Positions 39,291 through 48,871 are shown, numbered from the stretch's first letter. The stretch is 64,000 nucleotides of DNA from Candidatus Saccharimonadia bacterium (GCA_963717365.1 OY970327.1:720348-784347); one strand, 5' to 3'. Notes: generated by a model from the letters alone, not told the origin. A program made the numbers and translations.

Positions 39291-39339
39291 GTACTATATC
39301 TCGGGTTCATTAAAAAATCATGAAAGGCAGGTATAGTAC
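39291..39339. repeat. 49-bp REP-like palindromic repeat copy
   Basis: gtactatatctcgggttcattaaaaaatcatgaaaggcaggtatagtac. Its flanks (taaGTACTATATCTCG ... TATAGTACTCGAA) are nearly identical to the 29931 copy. Confidence 0.7.
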
Positions 39340-39499
39340 TCGAATCACTGCACCGCCTTACCGCTCAACAGTTAAAATGATTGTAATTTACCTCTGATTT
39401 TGCTATCATCCCCTCTGTCGATCAGCAAAATGCACACAGTATGTTACGTAAGTCCAAACAGCCATACTGGGTGCATTTGATCAACAACTCATGTTAGCT

Positions 39500-39576
39500 G
39501 GGCTCGTGGTGTAGAGGCCTAACATGCCTCCCTGTCACGGAGGAGATCGCCGGTTCGAATCCGGTCGGGCCCGCCA
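39500..39576 (+). tRNA. tRNA-Asp (anticodon GTC)
   Basis: GGGCTCG-TG-GTGT-AGAGGCCTA-ACAT-G-CCTCC-CTGTCAC-GGAGG-AGATC-GCCGG-TTCGAAT-CCGGT-CGGGCCC-G-CCA. Confidence 0.85.
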
Positions 39577-41079
39577 ATTCGGATTTTTGCTGTTGTGACG
39601 CAGCACAGAAAGTGGCTCTCTCACTGTTAGAGCCACTTTTTTGTTACCCAAAGTCCAGTTCGAACCTAGCATCAGCATAATTTGTCGTCGTTCGTTGTCA
39701 TTTCCATGCTTAAACGATGCACCAAGGTTCACAACGCCTGTAAATACCTCTGAAGCTAGTTCTAACCAGCGTTCGGCATCTTGAGTAGATTGTTCAATCA
39801 GTTGATTAGTTCGAGCCTGGGTTGCTTCATGCTCGGCTACACGGCTCTTGTAGCGTTCTGGTGATATGGTTCTAGTCTCTAGGGCTTCGCCCAGTGCTGC
39901 AATCTTATCAGTGGCTTCCTTGTAGTCCTTTTGCCATACAGCAAGATGCTGGTTACGTTGTTTTAGCCTCTCATCATGGTAGTTCCGTATCAACTCTAGG
40001 CATTTAGCACTCTCTTCTGCAGTCATTTCAAACTCTGACACCCGTGCTTGTATTTCAGCCTCAATAGCATGTCTGGCTAGTTGTGGCTGCTTGCAGTTCT
40101 TGACCTTACTTTTATGGGTGCAGACATAGAACTCGTAATACTCAACACTACCATCAGCGAGCGTCTTAGCTTTCGTATAGGCAGTGATATTAAATCCACA
40201 CTCCTCACAAACTAACACGCCTTTATATGGGTAATTCAGTTTGGCAGTATTTGTCCTTTTCACGGGCTTAATCCAGCCCATAGATACTTGTGCCTGGGTG
40301 TATATATCTACTGAAATTAAGGGCTCTTACGTGCCTTGTTGCCACTCTTCAGCTCCATACTTGAAAATACCTGTATACGTCCTGCGGTGCAGTAAGTCGG
40401 CAAGCGTGTTTTTACTCAAGGTTTTGCCAGACTTTGATTTCAGACCAACCGATATAGCCATCTCATACAGGTCATGCAGCGTGTATTGTCCAGTTGCTGC
40501 CGCTTTGAAAAGCTGAACTACTTTTGGTCCATCTACAGGGTCAGGAGCTATGTTACGCTCTCCAGGTTTGATGATAGCGTTTGTATAGCCTAGCGGTGCT
40601 GGTCCAGGGTACTGTCCACGGGCTCGTTTAGTCTCAAAGCCCTCTTTTACCTGTACGCTCAAGTCATCGTTATTTTTCTTAGCCAGTGCTAGTTCAATCG
40701 CAAGCACCATTTTATCGTCTGGAGTATTCCTATAGGTACGAGACGGCGTGTGTATTGCTAATAGCTTTCCTGTATCAAGGGCGTAGATAATTCTGCCGCC
40801 ATCGACAGGGTTACGGCTAAGCCTACTCAACGCCCAAACTGATATGTACCTAGCTTCTCCAAGCTCGATGCGGTCCATCTTATCGTTAAATATAGGGCGT
40901 CCTGGCTGCTTTGCACTCCGTTCTTCGGCTGGTAGGTATATGGGTATCAGGTTGTTGCGTTCGATGATGTGTTGAACTTGCGTGTCCTGCTTCTGAATTG
41001 AGAGTGACTGCCTATCTTCACGGTCCTGAGAGCGTCTCAGGTAAACAAAGGTCTTTGATTTTATGTCGTCTGGCTTCAT
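39535..41079 (-). pseudogene. large serine recombinase interrupted by a single in-frame TAA (N-terminal resolvase domain 41079-40327, C-terminal zinc-ribbon/coiled-coil part 40281-39535)
   Basis: The N-terminal ORF has a resolvase catalytic region (FVYLRRSQDREDRQSLSIQKQ) and a recombinase domain. The downstream ORF is in the same frame and has a CxxC...C zinc ribbon and coiled coil. The only interruption is TAA at 40327-40329; read through it, the frame is continuous (...QQGT*EPLISVDIYTQAQVSMGWIK...). The 3' end overlaps the tRNA-Asp 3' half. Confidence 0.7.
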
Positions 41080-41366
41080 ATGCAGTTATCTCCCGCCGAT
41101 GTAAGCCTAGCAGACATATTATCAGCGGGAAGTAACTGGTCTGCTAGGACTTTGTTATGGGCTTTACTATAGCCTTTACCATTTTGCCAATCAATTGAAC
41201 CACCATATTTATGGCGGTACTCTATATCAACCATCAAGGTTAATAGGTTAAGAAGATTTGTACTGTCAGTCGAAAGTTCGTTGAGCTTTAGACCTGAGCT
41301 TAAATCTTTGTCTATAGTGTCTGCAAGCGAGTGTTTCGCTCGTCGTCTGGGTATGCCACTGGGCAT
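41076..41366 (-). CDS. hypothetical small protein upstream of the recombinase (possible directionality factor)
   Basis: 96-aa ORF overlapping the recombinase start by 4 nt. No recognised domain. Confidence 0.45.
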   Translation of the reverse strand: MPSGIPRRRAKHSLADTIDKDLSSGLKLNELSTDSTNLLNLLTLMVDIEYRHKYGGSIDWQNGKGYSKAHNKVLADQLLPADNMSARLTSAGDNCI

Positions 41367-41553
41367 TTAATCCTTTCCGACCAAAACACACGTTGAACGT
41401 GTGCATTGTCCAGAACGATTGCCATCTTGACGATTTTCGCAACTGCTGGCAGCTAGTTTTGTGCTGGCTATTTAGCCCAGACTTAAAGTCTTTACACCTT
41501 AGTAACTGTTACTTGGTGCTTTAATGTACCCCTTAATTATACCACCAGACTGG

Positions 41554-43161
41554 TTAAGTTTTAGCGATAGTACCCAAAAACTTACCTAAGTCAGTATTCT
41601 CAATTTCAGACTTCTGCATCGCTGCAGCAATAACCCAGTTTTCGTTCTTTCCCCAAGCAGGATTGATGTCAGCAAGCTTCTGATATTCACTAAGTTGCTG
41701 AAATTTATCACTTTTAACTTCTTGAACTGCTCGTTCAGTCAGATAATTTTCTGTTGCACGTCTTTCCAGAACATGACAATCAATTTTCAGCCCTTTACAT
41801 ACCTTTACGAAGTCTCGTCTGTCTTGGCTAAGAGTGTCAGTTATTGCAGTTTTCTCGCTATCGATAAGACAAAATATATTTGTTGATAGCCGAGTTAGCT
41901 CGCTAAGTTCATGTTTAAATTTACCGTTTATTAGTGATGCTCCCCCGAGCGATAACAACACCACTTTATGGTCTAGTCCGTAGAATTTAAGGAACTGTTG
42001 TATGGTTTTTACTTCAGTTGGACCTTCTACCAAAAGAACCTTATCAAAGCCCAACTCTCTATAGCCAGAAAAGCTCATTTCACCCAAAAGCTCTACAAGA
42101 TTTTCAGTTGCTTCGTAGGCTTTAACGTATCGTTTTTTATCTTTTCTGATGACTGAGTATAGCTTGTCACTCGCAGACCTTCCCAGACCTACACTATGAG
42201 TTGCGAACAACATTCCTTCAGAAGCATACGAACCTAGAGTGGTTAAAAAGTCTAGTTGAAGAGATGGGTGTAATCCAAGCTCGGGCTCATCAATCAGTAT
42301 GTAAGTGGGTTTTCGTATAAGTGCATTTGCCAGAACCATAATAAATTGTGATAGACCAGAGCCAACTTCATGAAGTTTGTAAGTATCGCCGTTGATGTTG
42401 AGCTGAAGGGTTCTCTCGTCATTAGAAGCATCAATAGTGAGCGTATCAAAACCAAATATTCTCGTAAGTTCCTTTTCAAGCGTAAGTATTGCTCTATGCT
42501 GTGCCTTCTCAGGTCCTGTTTTATAACCACGCCATCGCTTAATAAAAGCCTCTCCAACTTGTATGTCAAAGTAGTCTTCATTATGTCCAATATTTATCGT
42601 ATTGCGGAACGGTCCAACATAGAGACTTCGTGCAATTTTATCAGCCGCCGTTACAAGCTGTGATAAGTTTGTATGATACTTTCCGCTAAAGTGTAATCTG
42701 TTGTCACTCCCATAGCTTACTGTCTCTCCATTAGGGTCTAGCATTGGTCCACCACTTTCAGCAACTTTTGCTGACCAATTTGTCGTACCTTTATGTATCG
42801 TTATAAAAAGCATGTCAGCATACTCAAGTGAGCCACTTTCCGCTTTTACGTCGTCAGGTATATCTATCTTGATTTCAATCTCGATTGGACCATCAACGAA
42901 ATCATTAAAGATTTCTTGCGGGTCGTAGATATGCTGAACATTAAAGCTTTGCGAGCCTTGCAGTACTTGTCGAAATTCTGGGCTTCCAGGCGTGCCTATT
43001 TGTTGGAATATATGTCTAAGCTCTACAAAGAACTTCAAGATTGTTGATTTACCAGAGTTATTTACCCCTAGAAAACCAATTACTTCTTTATCTAAAGTGA
43101 GCTCTAAGGGCTGCTCTCTAGTAAAGCATCTGTAATTCTTAATCTTTAAGTGGACCTTCAT
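41554..43161 (-). CDS. OLD-family ABC-type ATPase with C-terminal TOPRIM-like nuclease domain
   Basis: Walker A FLGVNNSGKSTILK. ABC signature/Walker B YILIDEPELGLHPSLQ with H-loop FATHS. C-terminal VLLVEGPTE...CLIDSE is a TOPRIM-type glutamate and acidic pair as in P2 Old/GajA. 535 aa. Confidence 0.7.
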   Translation of the reverse strand: MKVHLKIKNYRCFTREQPLELTLDKEVIGFLGVNNSGKSTILKFFVELRHIFQQIGTPGSPEFRQVLQGSQSFNVQHIYDPQEIFNDFVDGPIEIEIKIDIPDDVKAESGSLEYADMLFITIHKGTTNWSAKVAESGGPMLDPNGETVSYGSDNRLHFSGKYHTNLSQLVTAADKIARSLYVGPFRNTINIGHNEDYFDIQVGEAFIKRWRGYKTGPEKAQHRAILTLEKELTRIFGFDTLTIDASNDERTLQLNINGDTYKLHEVGSGLSQFIMVLANALIRKPTYILIDEPELGLHPSLQLDFLTTLGSYASEGMLFATHSVGLGRSASDKLYSVIRKDKKRYVKAYEATENLVELLGEMSFSGYRELGFDKVLLVEGPTEVKTIQQFLKFYGLDHKVVLLSLGGASLINGKFKHELSELTRLSTNIFCLIDSEKTAITDTLSQDRRDFVKVCKGLKIDCHVLERRATENYLTERAVQEVKSDKFQQLSEYQKLADINPAWGKNENWVIAAAMQKSEIENTDLGKFLGTIAKT

Positions 43162-44354
43162 TTTTGTTCCACACGTACCAGTCTCGCCAAGTTAAAGCCA
43201 CTGATGTCTATGCTACTTTTACCGTTAATAGCCATTTGTGATAGCACCTCACCAATAGCTGCTGAGTGCTTGAAGCCATGTCCTGAGCAGGGCGACGCAA
43301 TGATTACGTTCTTGTGGTCTGGGTGAAAATCAATCACGAAGCGGCTGTCTGGAGTTGAAGTATAAAGGCAAGATTTTGCTTTAACGCATTTGTTACTGAG
43401 TGCTGGGAAACGGTCTTTAACATAGCGTTCATACATCTGGTCGATTTCGGCTTGCGTGACCTCACGGCTAACAGTATCTGGCGTAGTTTCACTTGTATAG
43501 TCTTCTGTGGCAATCTTTGCACCACCGTTAGGACCGTCCACCATCGGAAAACCGTATATAAAGTCGTCAGCCCCACCGCCAAACTCCCATATATAAACGG
43601 GCATGTTCTTAAACAGCTCGTATTGTGACTTGTCTTTAAGGTCAAACCAGTAAAGCACCTGGCGATAAATCTTGAACGAAGAAGCAAACTCAGGAATTAG
43701 ACTATTTACCCAAGGTCCTGCCGCAACTATCACTTTCTTCGCAGTATAGGTGTCCTTATTAGTCTTTACTGTGACGGAATTGTCGTCAGCTTGGTATGAC
43801 AGTACCTCTTCGTTTAGGCTGAGCATTGCTCCGTACTTAGCTGCCAGGCTGAGCTGTGCTTCAATACACTTCTCAGGTCGCAGAAAGCCAGCTTCAGGCT
43901 CAAAATAGCCATCTTCTAAACCAGATAACCCAAGTTGCGGGTAACGAGCCTTAATTTGTTCAGTCGTTAGGGTTTCATGCTGAATATCGTATTGTTTTGC
44001 TGAAGCAACCGTCTGATTTAAGAAATCATTGATACCATGCTGCCCCTGACCACCTTGAATAGCCATGATAAGCCCACCACAGCTGTTTAATAGTTCATAA
44101 TCCACCTCTTGTTCAATCTCACGCCAAATCTCGTGAGAACGAAGCACCAAAGGTACATAATCAGCACCCTCGCCAATCGCCAGGCGAGTTATTCGAGTGT
44201 CACCATGAGTTGAGCCGTATCCATGTGGTGGAGCGTACTGGTCTATGCCAAGCACGTTAGCACCTGATTTTGCGAGCTGGTAAGCGGCAGCACTACCCAT
44301 TGCACCTAAACCAATTACAATTACGTCAAACTCTTTACTCATTGCACTTATCAT
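43158..44354 (-). CDS. FAD-dependent amine oxidase of the monomeric sarcosine oxidase / N-methyltryptophan oxidase family
   Basis: DVIVIGLGAMGSAAAYQLA (GxGxxG dinucleotide fold). C-terminal SPCSGHGFKH is the covalent-flavin Cys motif of MSOX/MTOX. Overlaps both neighbours by 4 nt. Confidence 0.75.
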   Translation of the reverse strand: MISAMSKEFDVIVIGLGAMGSAAAYQLAKSGANVLGIDQYAPPHGYGSTHGDTRITRLAIGEGADYVPLVLRSHEIWREIEQEVDYELLNSCGGLIMAIQGGQGQHGINDFLNQTVASAKQYDIQHETLTTEQIKARYPQLGLSGLEDGYFEPEAGFLRPEKCIEAQLSLAAKYGAMLSLNEEVLSYQADDNSVTVKTNKDTYTAKKVIVAAGPWVNSLIPEFASSFKIYRQVLYWFDLKDKSQYELFKNMPVYIWEFGGGADDFIYGFPMVDGPNGGAKIATEDYTSETTPDTVSREVTQAEIDQMYERYVKDRFPALSNKCVKAKSCLYTSTPDSRFVIDFHPDHKNVIIASPCSGHGFKHSAAIGEVLSQMAINGKSSIDISGFNLARLVRVEQK

Positions 44355-44785
44355 ATAACAGATTGACCACTATTTCTGCTCTCGTTTCTCTTCTGCTCAC
44401 GCTCCCAGTGCTGATGCAGCATCTCTAGACCTTTTTTTAGCTCCTCTTCGGTGTATTTTTCATCTGGTGGGACTTGAGGACTAATTTGGTACTCAACTGG
44501 CTTACCAAACTCATCTCTGGCCTTGCGTTCTAGCCACCATTTAGCGGCCGCCATGTCACCCTTAGCGATAGCCTGGGCAACAATACGCTTTGCGTTTACT
44601 GTGACCTGGCTTTGAGCCTTTGCCATTGTGTCAGCAAATTGCTCATCAGACCGTACGCGACTGTAGTACGCCTCGTGAGATATACCAGATTGCCAACACG
44701 CTTCACGGACTGACATACCGTCGCCCAAACAGGTCATTAATAAGCTGACAACCTTACTGGTTATTACTGTGGGACGGCCACTCAT
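44351..44785 (-). CDS. HTH protein resembling phage terminase small subunit N-terminal domain
   Basis: HTH segment (MSVREACWQSGISHEAYYSRV) and an AAAKWWLERKARDEFG motif of the kind seen at the end of TerS-type HTH domains. First gene of the overlapping three-gene operon. Confidence 0.5.
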   Translation of the reverse strand: MSGRPTVITSKVVSLLMTCLGDGMSVREACWQSGISHEAYYSRVRSDEQFADTMAKAQSQVTVNAKRIVAQAIAKGDMAAAKWWLERKARDEFGKPVEYQISPQVPPDEKYTEEELKKGLEMLHQHWEREQKRNESRNSGQSVI

Positions 44786-44859
44786 AATAAGCCTCTGTTA
44801 TGCCAGTAAATATAGTCGGGCGGTAAGTCTGCTGTATTACTAATACTCTCAGACGTATG

Positions 44860-44906
44860 GACAAAGTAGTTCCATACCTGTTCCGCTATGGTCCGCCAAA
44901 TTATTT
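44860..44906 (+). repeat. 47-bp direct repeat R1 (ends tccgccaaat, resembling the tRNA-Asp 3' end)
   Basis: gacaaagtagttccatacctgttccgctatggtccgccaaattattt is ~75% identical to R2 at 46211. Confidence 0.55.
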
Positions 44907-44941
44907 ACATCTTAAATGTTTAATTATATAGTAATTTTATT

Positions 44942-45580
44942 ATGAACACTTTAAGAATTTCTCCAGAGCTTGCGATAAGCCCGCTAGAACGGGAAATGCT
45001 GTTGTGCCAAGATGCTGCTTACCTCGAAACTGAACCGATTAGGACATTAGCTTATGGTAAGTTTAATATAGCTGTATCATATACTAGGGTAAAATACGCT
45101 GACTGGTTAATCCCAAGTAAACCAATGCAAGTGGATGACGAAGAAGTTGTAGTAGAAACATTGCATTTTGACACTTGCACAGTTAACTTTAATGGCAAAG
45201 GAAAGATTGGGATGCATGAAATCGGTTTGCACGCGGTTAGAGGCCTAATAGGTTTTAAAGTTGATGAGCCTGTTCTCTACGATATAGTTGATGAAGTTTT
45301 TACAGAAGAAGGCCCTCGTTTAGTATTGAACACTTCGAGCCCAGAGGATATACAAGCAGGCATCGTGCGAAATAGCAGATACATAACAAAAGTAATCGAA
45401 GATTGGGAAGAAAAAAAGCGTCAGGGGTTAACCGATTACCCCATCTCAGCGCGAGCTACAGAGGAGTTAACTGCTGCAGTGATTAATGGAAAGCCGCTTA
45501 CCCAAGAGAAATTTAGAGACATGGTTGCAAACTTATTCTCTGACCCAGATTACGCAGCCAGATATTACGGATTTAAATAA
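44942..45580 (+). CDS. hypothetical protein
   Basis: 212-aa ORF. No recognised domain. Confidence 0.55.
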   Translation: MNTLRISPELAISPLEREMLLCQDAAYLETEPIRTLAYGKFNIAVSYTRVKYADWLIPSKPMQVDDEEVVVETLHFDTCTVNFNGKGKIGMHEIGLHAVRGLIGFKVDEPVLYDIVDEVFTEEGPRLVLNTSSPEDIQAGIVRNSRYITKVIEDWEEKKRQGLTDYPISARATEELTAAVINGKPLTQEKFRDMVANLFSDPDYAARYYGFK

Positions 45581-45750
45581 GCAACAACACTCCGAAATCC
45601 TCCTCGGTGAAGCAAGGAACGGAGATAAAACTGCGCTTGCACAGTTTTATCGAGTACCGCAGGAAGAAGCACAAACACAAAGTTTGTGCGCTAACCGGTC
45701 AGATTCACAAATAAATTGACATTTAAACAATATTATGCTATTATGTAGAT

Positions 45751-46143
45751 ATGAATGAAAAAAATCCAAACGCAGTAACCCCAGAAACAGTTATTAGAGA
45801 GCATCCTGGATACCGGTACCGAGGAAGCGATAATACCCAATATCAAATATTTACAAAAGCCATGCCTAAATTCCCTCACCAGACTAACGGTGCAACGTTA
45901 GCCGAACTTAGAGGGCAAGGTTTATCCGATGATGAAATCGGTGATCAATTTGACAAGAGCCACAAAGAAGCTATCGAGAGACACAGTAAAGAATTCTGGG
46001 AACAAGTGGCTGAAGACCCTGAATCATTAACCAGAGAAGATCCTCTTGCCGGTGATGTAGACCCTACTGGCGGCTATTATGAAGAGCCACCGAATCCAAT
46101 GGATGCCCACAGAGATGAAGTTGCCCGCCAGCATGGCGACTAA
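45751..46143 (+). CDS. hypothetical protein
   Basis: 130-aa ORF followed by a terminator. Confidence 0.55.
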   Translation: MNEKNPNAVTPETVIREHPGYRYRGSDNTQYQIFTKAMPKFPHQTNGATLAELRGQGLSDDEIGDQFDKSHKEAIERHSKEFWEQVAEDPESLTREDPLAGDVDPTGGYYEEPPNPMDAHRDEVARQHGD

Positions 46144-46170
46144 ACTATTGATTTAGCCTCACTTAATTGA

Positions 46171-46200
46171 CCGTCGGGTATGAATCGACGGTCTTTTTAT
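46171..46200 (+). terminator. intrinsic terminator
   Basis: gaccgtcg-ggtatgaat-cgacggtc followed by tttttatttg. Confidence 0.65.
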
Positions 46201-46210
46201 TTGTCTATGT

Positions 46211-46257
46211 GACAAAATAGTTCCACGCCTCTTCTACTACTGCCCGCCAAATATAAT
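46211..46257 (+). repeat. 47-bp direct repeat R2 (ends gcccgccaaat)
   Basis: gacaaaatagttccacgcctcttctactactgcccgccaaatataat. gcccgccaa matches the tRNA-Asp acceptor 3' strand. Confidence 0.55.
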
Positions 46258-46507
46258 CGTTTTTAGAGCTAGTGCTTTTATAGCTGAGAGTTTGTGTGAT
46301 GCCGAAAAAGTTTAAAAAATAAACGCGATTATTGCTATTACTCCGATTACGGCAAGTATAGTTATTATTGTATTCCTATTCATTGTAGTACCCCTTAAAT
46401 TTAAGTGCATGAATTGTATCATAGCAATGTATATATTTACTGCTAACTATATGACTGTTCGAAAATCCGCCTCGATTCCACGCCAGCATTGACAAAAATC
46501 CTACTCT

Positions 46508-47146
46508 GTGGTAATATTCTTTTATTGGAATAAAACAAAAATGAATAATCACCCAGATAATCCAAGCTTTCCTCACGAAATAATCCAGCCGCCCGACCAG
46601 ACTACCTTACAAAATATAGTTGATGGAATAGCTGAGTTAACACAAGATCAATTTGATTTCGGCCCTGATCATGACTCTCTCCGGGCACGCGTACATGAAC
46701 CCGGATCTACTAAACAGGCGGGTACAGTATGCTCTTATAAAGTAGACGAGGAGGGTAATTACCCTCAGAATAAGGTTGCCAGTATACATTTGGCTGAGGA
46801 TGCTTCGCATTTCGGCGATAAGATACATACTAATTATACAATTATCAAAACCCCGGACGGCGATTTGTTTATAGAGAAAAACCTGAAAACTTCTAACCGT
46901 GCCGAGCAGAATATCCATCCTGCAAACAACGATGAAGTAGCAATTGAAGCTCTTAAGCTATTGGTAAGAGTAGTTCGTGAAGATAAAGCCGAAAAAATCC
47001 AGAATGCTATGGGGCTAAATTATGTTGATCACGATGAAGCAGCAGGTTTACTTGAAAGAGTTGGCAGGCTGAAACCTTTTGACGATCATGATATGGATAA
47101 GAAAACAGCTGAGTGGATACGACAATCAGGACCTAAGCTGCATTAG
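46508..47146 (+). CDS. hypothetical protein, distant member of a 3-gene paralogous family
   Basis: Shares TNYTIIKTPDGDLFIEKN and MGLNYVDHDEAAGLLERV blocks with the 47254 and 50112 proteins. The true start is probably the internal MNNHPDN. Confidence 0.55.
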   Translation: MVIFFYWNKTKMNNHPDNPSFPHEIIQPPDQTTLQNIVDGIAELTQDQFDFGPDHDSLRARVHEPGSTKQAGTVCSYKVDEEGNYPQNKVASIHLAEDASHFGDKIHTNYTIIKTPDGDLFIEKNLKTSNRAEQNIHPANNDEVAIEALKLLVRVVREDKAEKIQNAMGLNYVDHDEAAGLLERVGRLKPFDDHDMDKKTAEWIRQSGPKLH

Positions 47147-47253
47147 TCTGATTTGATCATTATATTCCAGACTTTTCACGGAATTTGGAAAATAGTCCCA
47201 GAGCGGTAATTCTGGGATCTTGACTATAGACATTTCGGAGTTTTTATTGTATT

Positions 47254-47775
47254 ATGTCTTTCATGAATCCGGAAAACTTTATAAATCCTCCCAAAAGCCA
47301 TCCTGAGATAGACTCAAATCCGGAGGCGGCGATGCGAGCCTCGCAAGAAACTCTTTATACATTACTGGAATGTATTGGGGGAGAACTCCTGCTTGCTTCT
47401 GAACCCATACATTACTCATCCAAAATCTTTCCCAAGGGCACGCTTGGCAAGGCGCAGCCGGAAGCTATCGGACATATCCTTCAGTGCGAAACTACCAACG
47501 GCTCCGATACAACGGTGAATACAAATTACTATATTTTAGCTACGCCCGACGGCCTGCATATTGAAAAAAATGCCGGGTTATATGAATCTATAATTATCGG
47601 TCATGGCGGCCCCGTTTGCGGCAAAGAACGAGCTGAAAAGCTTGGACGGATCATGAGTAGTTATAAAGCACGTGAAGAGTCGCGCAAGCTACAAAATGAA
47701 CTTGGCCTCAGTTTTGTCTCTGAAGCTGAAGCCCAGGGCCTAATCGATATTCTCTCTGGCAATACTGAAGCCTAG
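47254..47775 (+). CDS. hypothetical protein, paralog family member
   Basis: ~50% identical over its full length to the 50112 ORF (GTLGKAQPEAIGHILQCET... vs GTLGTSQPEAIGHIHQCET...). Confidence 0.65.
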   Translation: MSFMNPENFINPPKSHPEIDSNPEAAMRASQETLYTLLECIGGELLLASEPIHYSSKIFPKGTLGKAQPEAIGHILQCETTNGSDTTVNTNYYILATPDGLHIEKNAGLYESIIIGHGGPVCGKERAEKLGRIMSSYKAREESRKLQNELGLSFVSEAEAQGLIDILSGNTEA

Positions 47776-47839
47776 GGTATATAAAATTCCACTCCCGCCC
47801 CTTAACTATTTACACTGCAAGCTAAATATGATATAGTCT

Positions 47840-48871
47840 TTGATTATGTTAGAAAACTCTGGTGAATTTTCGCACGCATATGAAATAGAAGAACTTCTTC
47901 ATATAGCGAGCGCCGTTGCAGAACGTCAGTTGCAGGATATGGAAGCAGCCCAAAGCATAGCATCAGAAATTACCGGGCAACCTGCCCCTGAAGTACCCTT
48001 AGAACTTAGACACAAACTAGTTACAGCTACTGCGGCTATGAATATAACCCGCCTGGAGACGCCCGAAGCATGCATAAGTTTTGAGACTGGTCTGGATGCG
48101 GTAATGGAAGGAAGTTATGGTCTGCTAGCAGATATGGATAGCGCCGACGGAGAAGCAATTCCTGAATCACAGATCCGCCAATTCATGATAAATTTTGGTA
48201 ACACTATGCTAAATGAAATGGGTGTTAAAGAGGAAACAACTTCCGGAATATTCGCTAAAACGTTCATGGCCGCAAAAGTTATCGCCGAACAAAAAGGGGT
48301 CGGCGTTGCCCAAGTTTATCAAGATGAAGAGTTGTACAGCGAGACTTTCCGTCAAGCCTATACCCTTGTAGAATTCGCTACGCAACAGTTAGCAATGATG
48401 GACGGTATTTCAGAGAAAACCATGGGTAGCTTATTCGTTCATATGCTCAGTATTATAATACCCGAGGAAGAGCAAGCAGAGATGGACGAAGAAGAGATGG
48501 CTGAAATGATAGCAGAACTTCAACTTGATACTGAAGTCCAGACAGCCTTAACAGAGGCAACGGAACTAGGCCTGAAAGTTGCCAGGCATGTGGCTGTCTC
48601 GCAGATTATTCGTTTCTGGGGCAGCGATTCCTTACGAGACTTGCCTAAAGAAATCAAACAGAAATTAGAGATAACTGATAAACCATCAGTTATACAAATA
48701 GGTGGACTTGTCATACTCGGTGCGTCAGCCGAACAGGCCGATCAGCTTAAAATGCGAGAATCATTTGTTAACCGTTATTTTGAGGAGCGTGACTGGGACG
48801 CCAGCAATCCAACTATGGAGCAGGTGATGGAAGTTCGTTCCCAGCCTGGCTGGCAGAATCCTTCCACTTAA
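47840..48871 (+). CDS. hypothetical acidic protein
   Basis: 343-aa ORF. No recognised domain. Confidence 0.55.
   Translation: MIMLENSGEFSHAYEIEELLHIASAVAERQLQDMEAAQSIASEITGQPAPEVPLELRHKLVTATAAMNITRLETPEACISFETGLDAVMEGSYGLLADMDSADGEAIPESQIRQFMINFGNTMLNEMGVKEETTSGIFAKTFMAAKVIAEQKGVGVAQVYQDEELYSETFRQAYTLVEFATQQLAMMDGISEKTMGSLFVHMLSIIIPEEEQAEMDEEEMAEMIAELQLDTEVQTALTEATELGLKVARHVAVSQIIRFWGSDSLRDLPKEIKQKLEITDKPSVIQIGGLVILGASAEQADQLKMRESFVNRYFEERDWDASNPTMEQVMEVRSQPGWQNPST

Larger units (their letters stand above)
39500..44906. mobile_element. putative integrated element / defence islet bounded by tRNA-Asp and a tRNA-Asp-3'-end-like repeat
   Basis: tRNA-Asp with recombinase overlapping its 3' end, a recombinase-adjacent small gene, an OLD nuclease operon with phage-type HTH, a tRNA remnant and REP-like element on the left, and a 47-bp repeat ending cccgccaaat on the right. 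The boundaries are an inference. Confidence 0.4.

Noticed and set aside
39500-39576. ORF 39535-40281 C-terminal codons (…NWRARPDSNRRSPP) as genuine protein sequence distinct from the tRNA
   Set aside because: These codons are the reverse-strand reading of the tRNA-Asp T-arm/acceptor. The overlap is real at the DNA level, but the tRNA call stands independently. No separate feature was created.
41554-43161. Gabija (GajA/GajB) or two-gene PARIS assignment for the OLD-family gene
   Set aside because: No UvrD-like helicase or separate DUF4435 gene adjacent. The neighbours are a flavin oxidase and an HTH protein. Kept as OLD-family, class undetermined.
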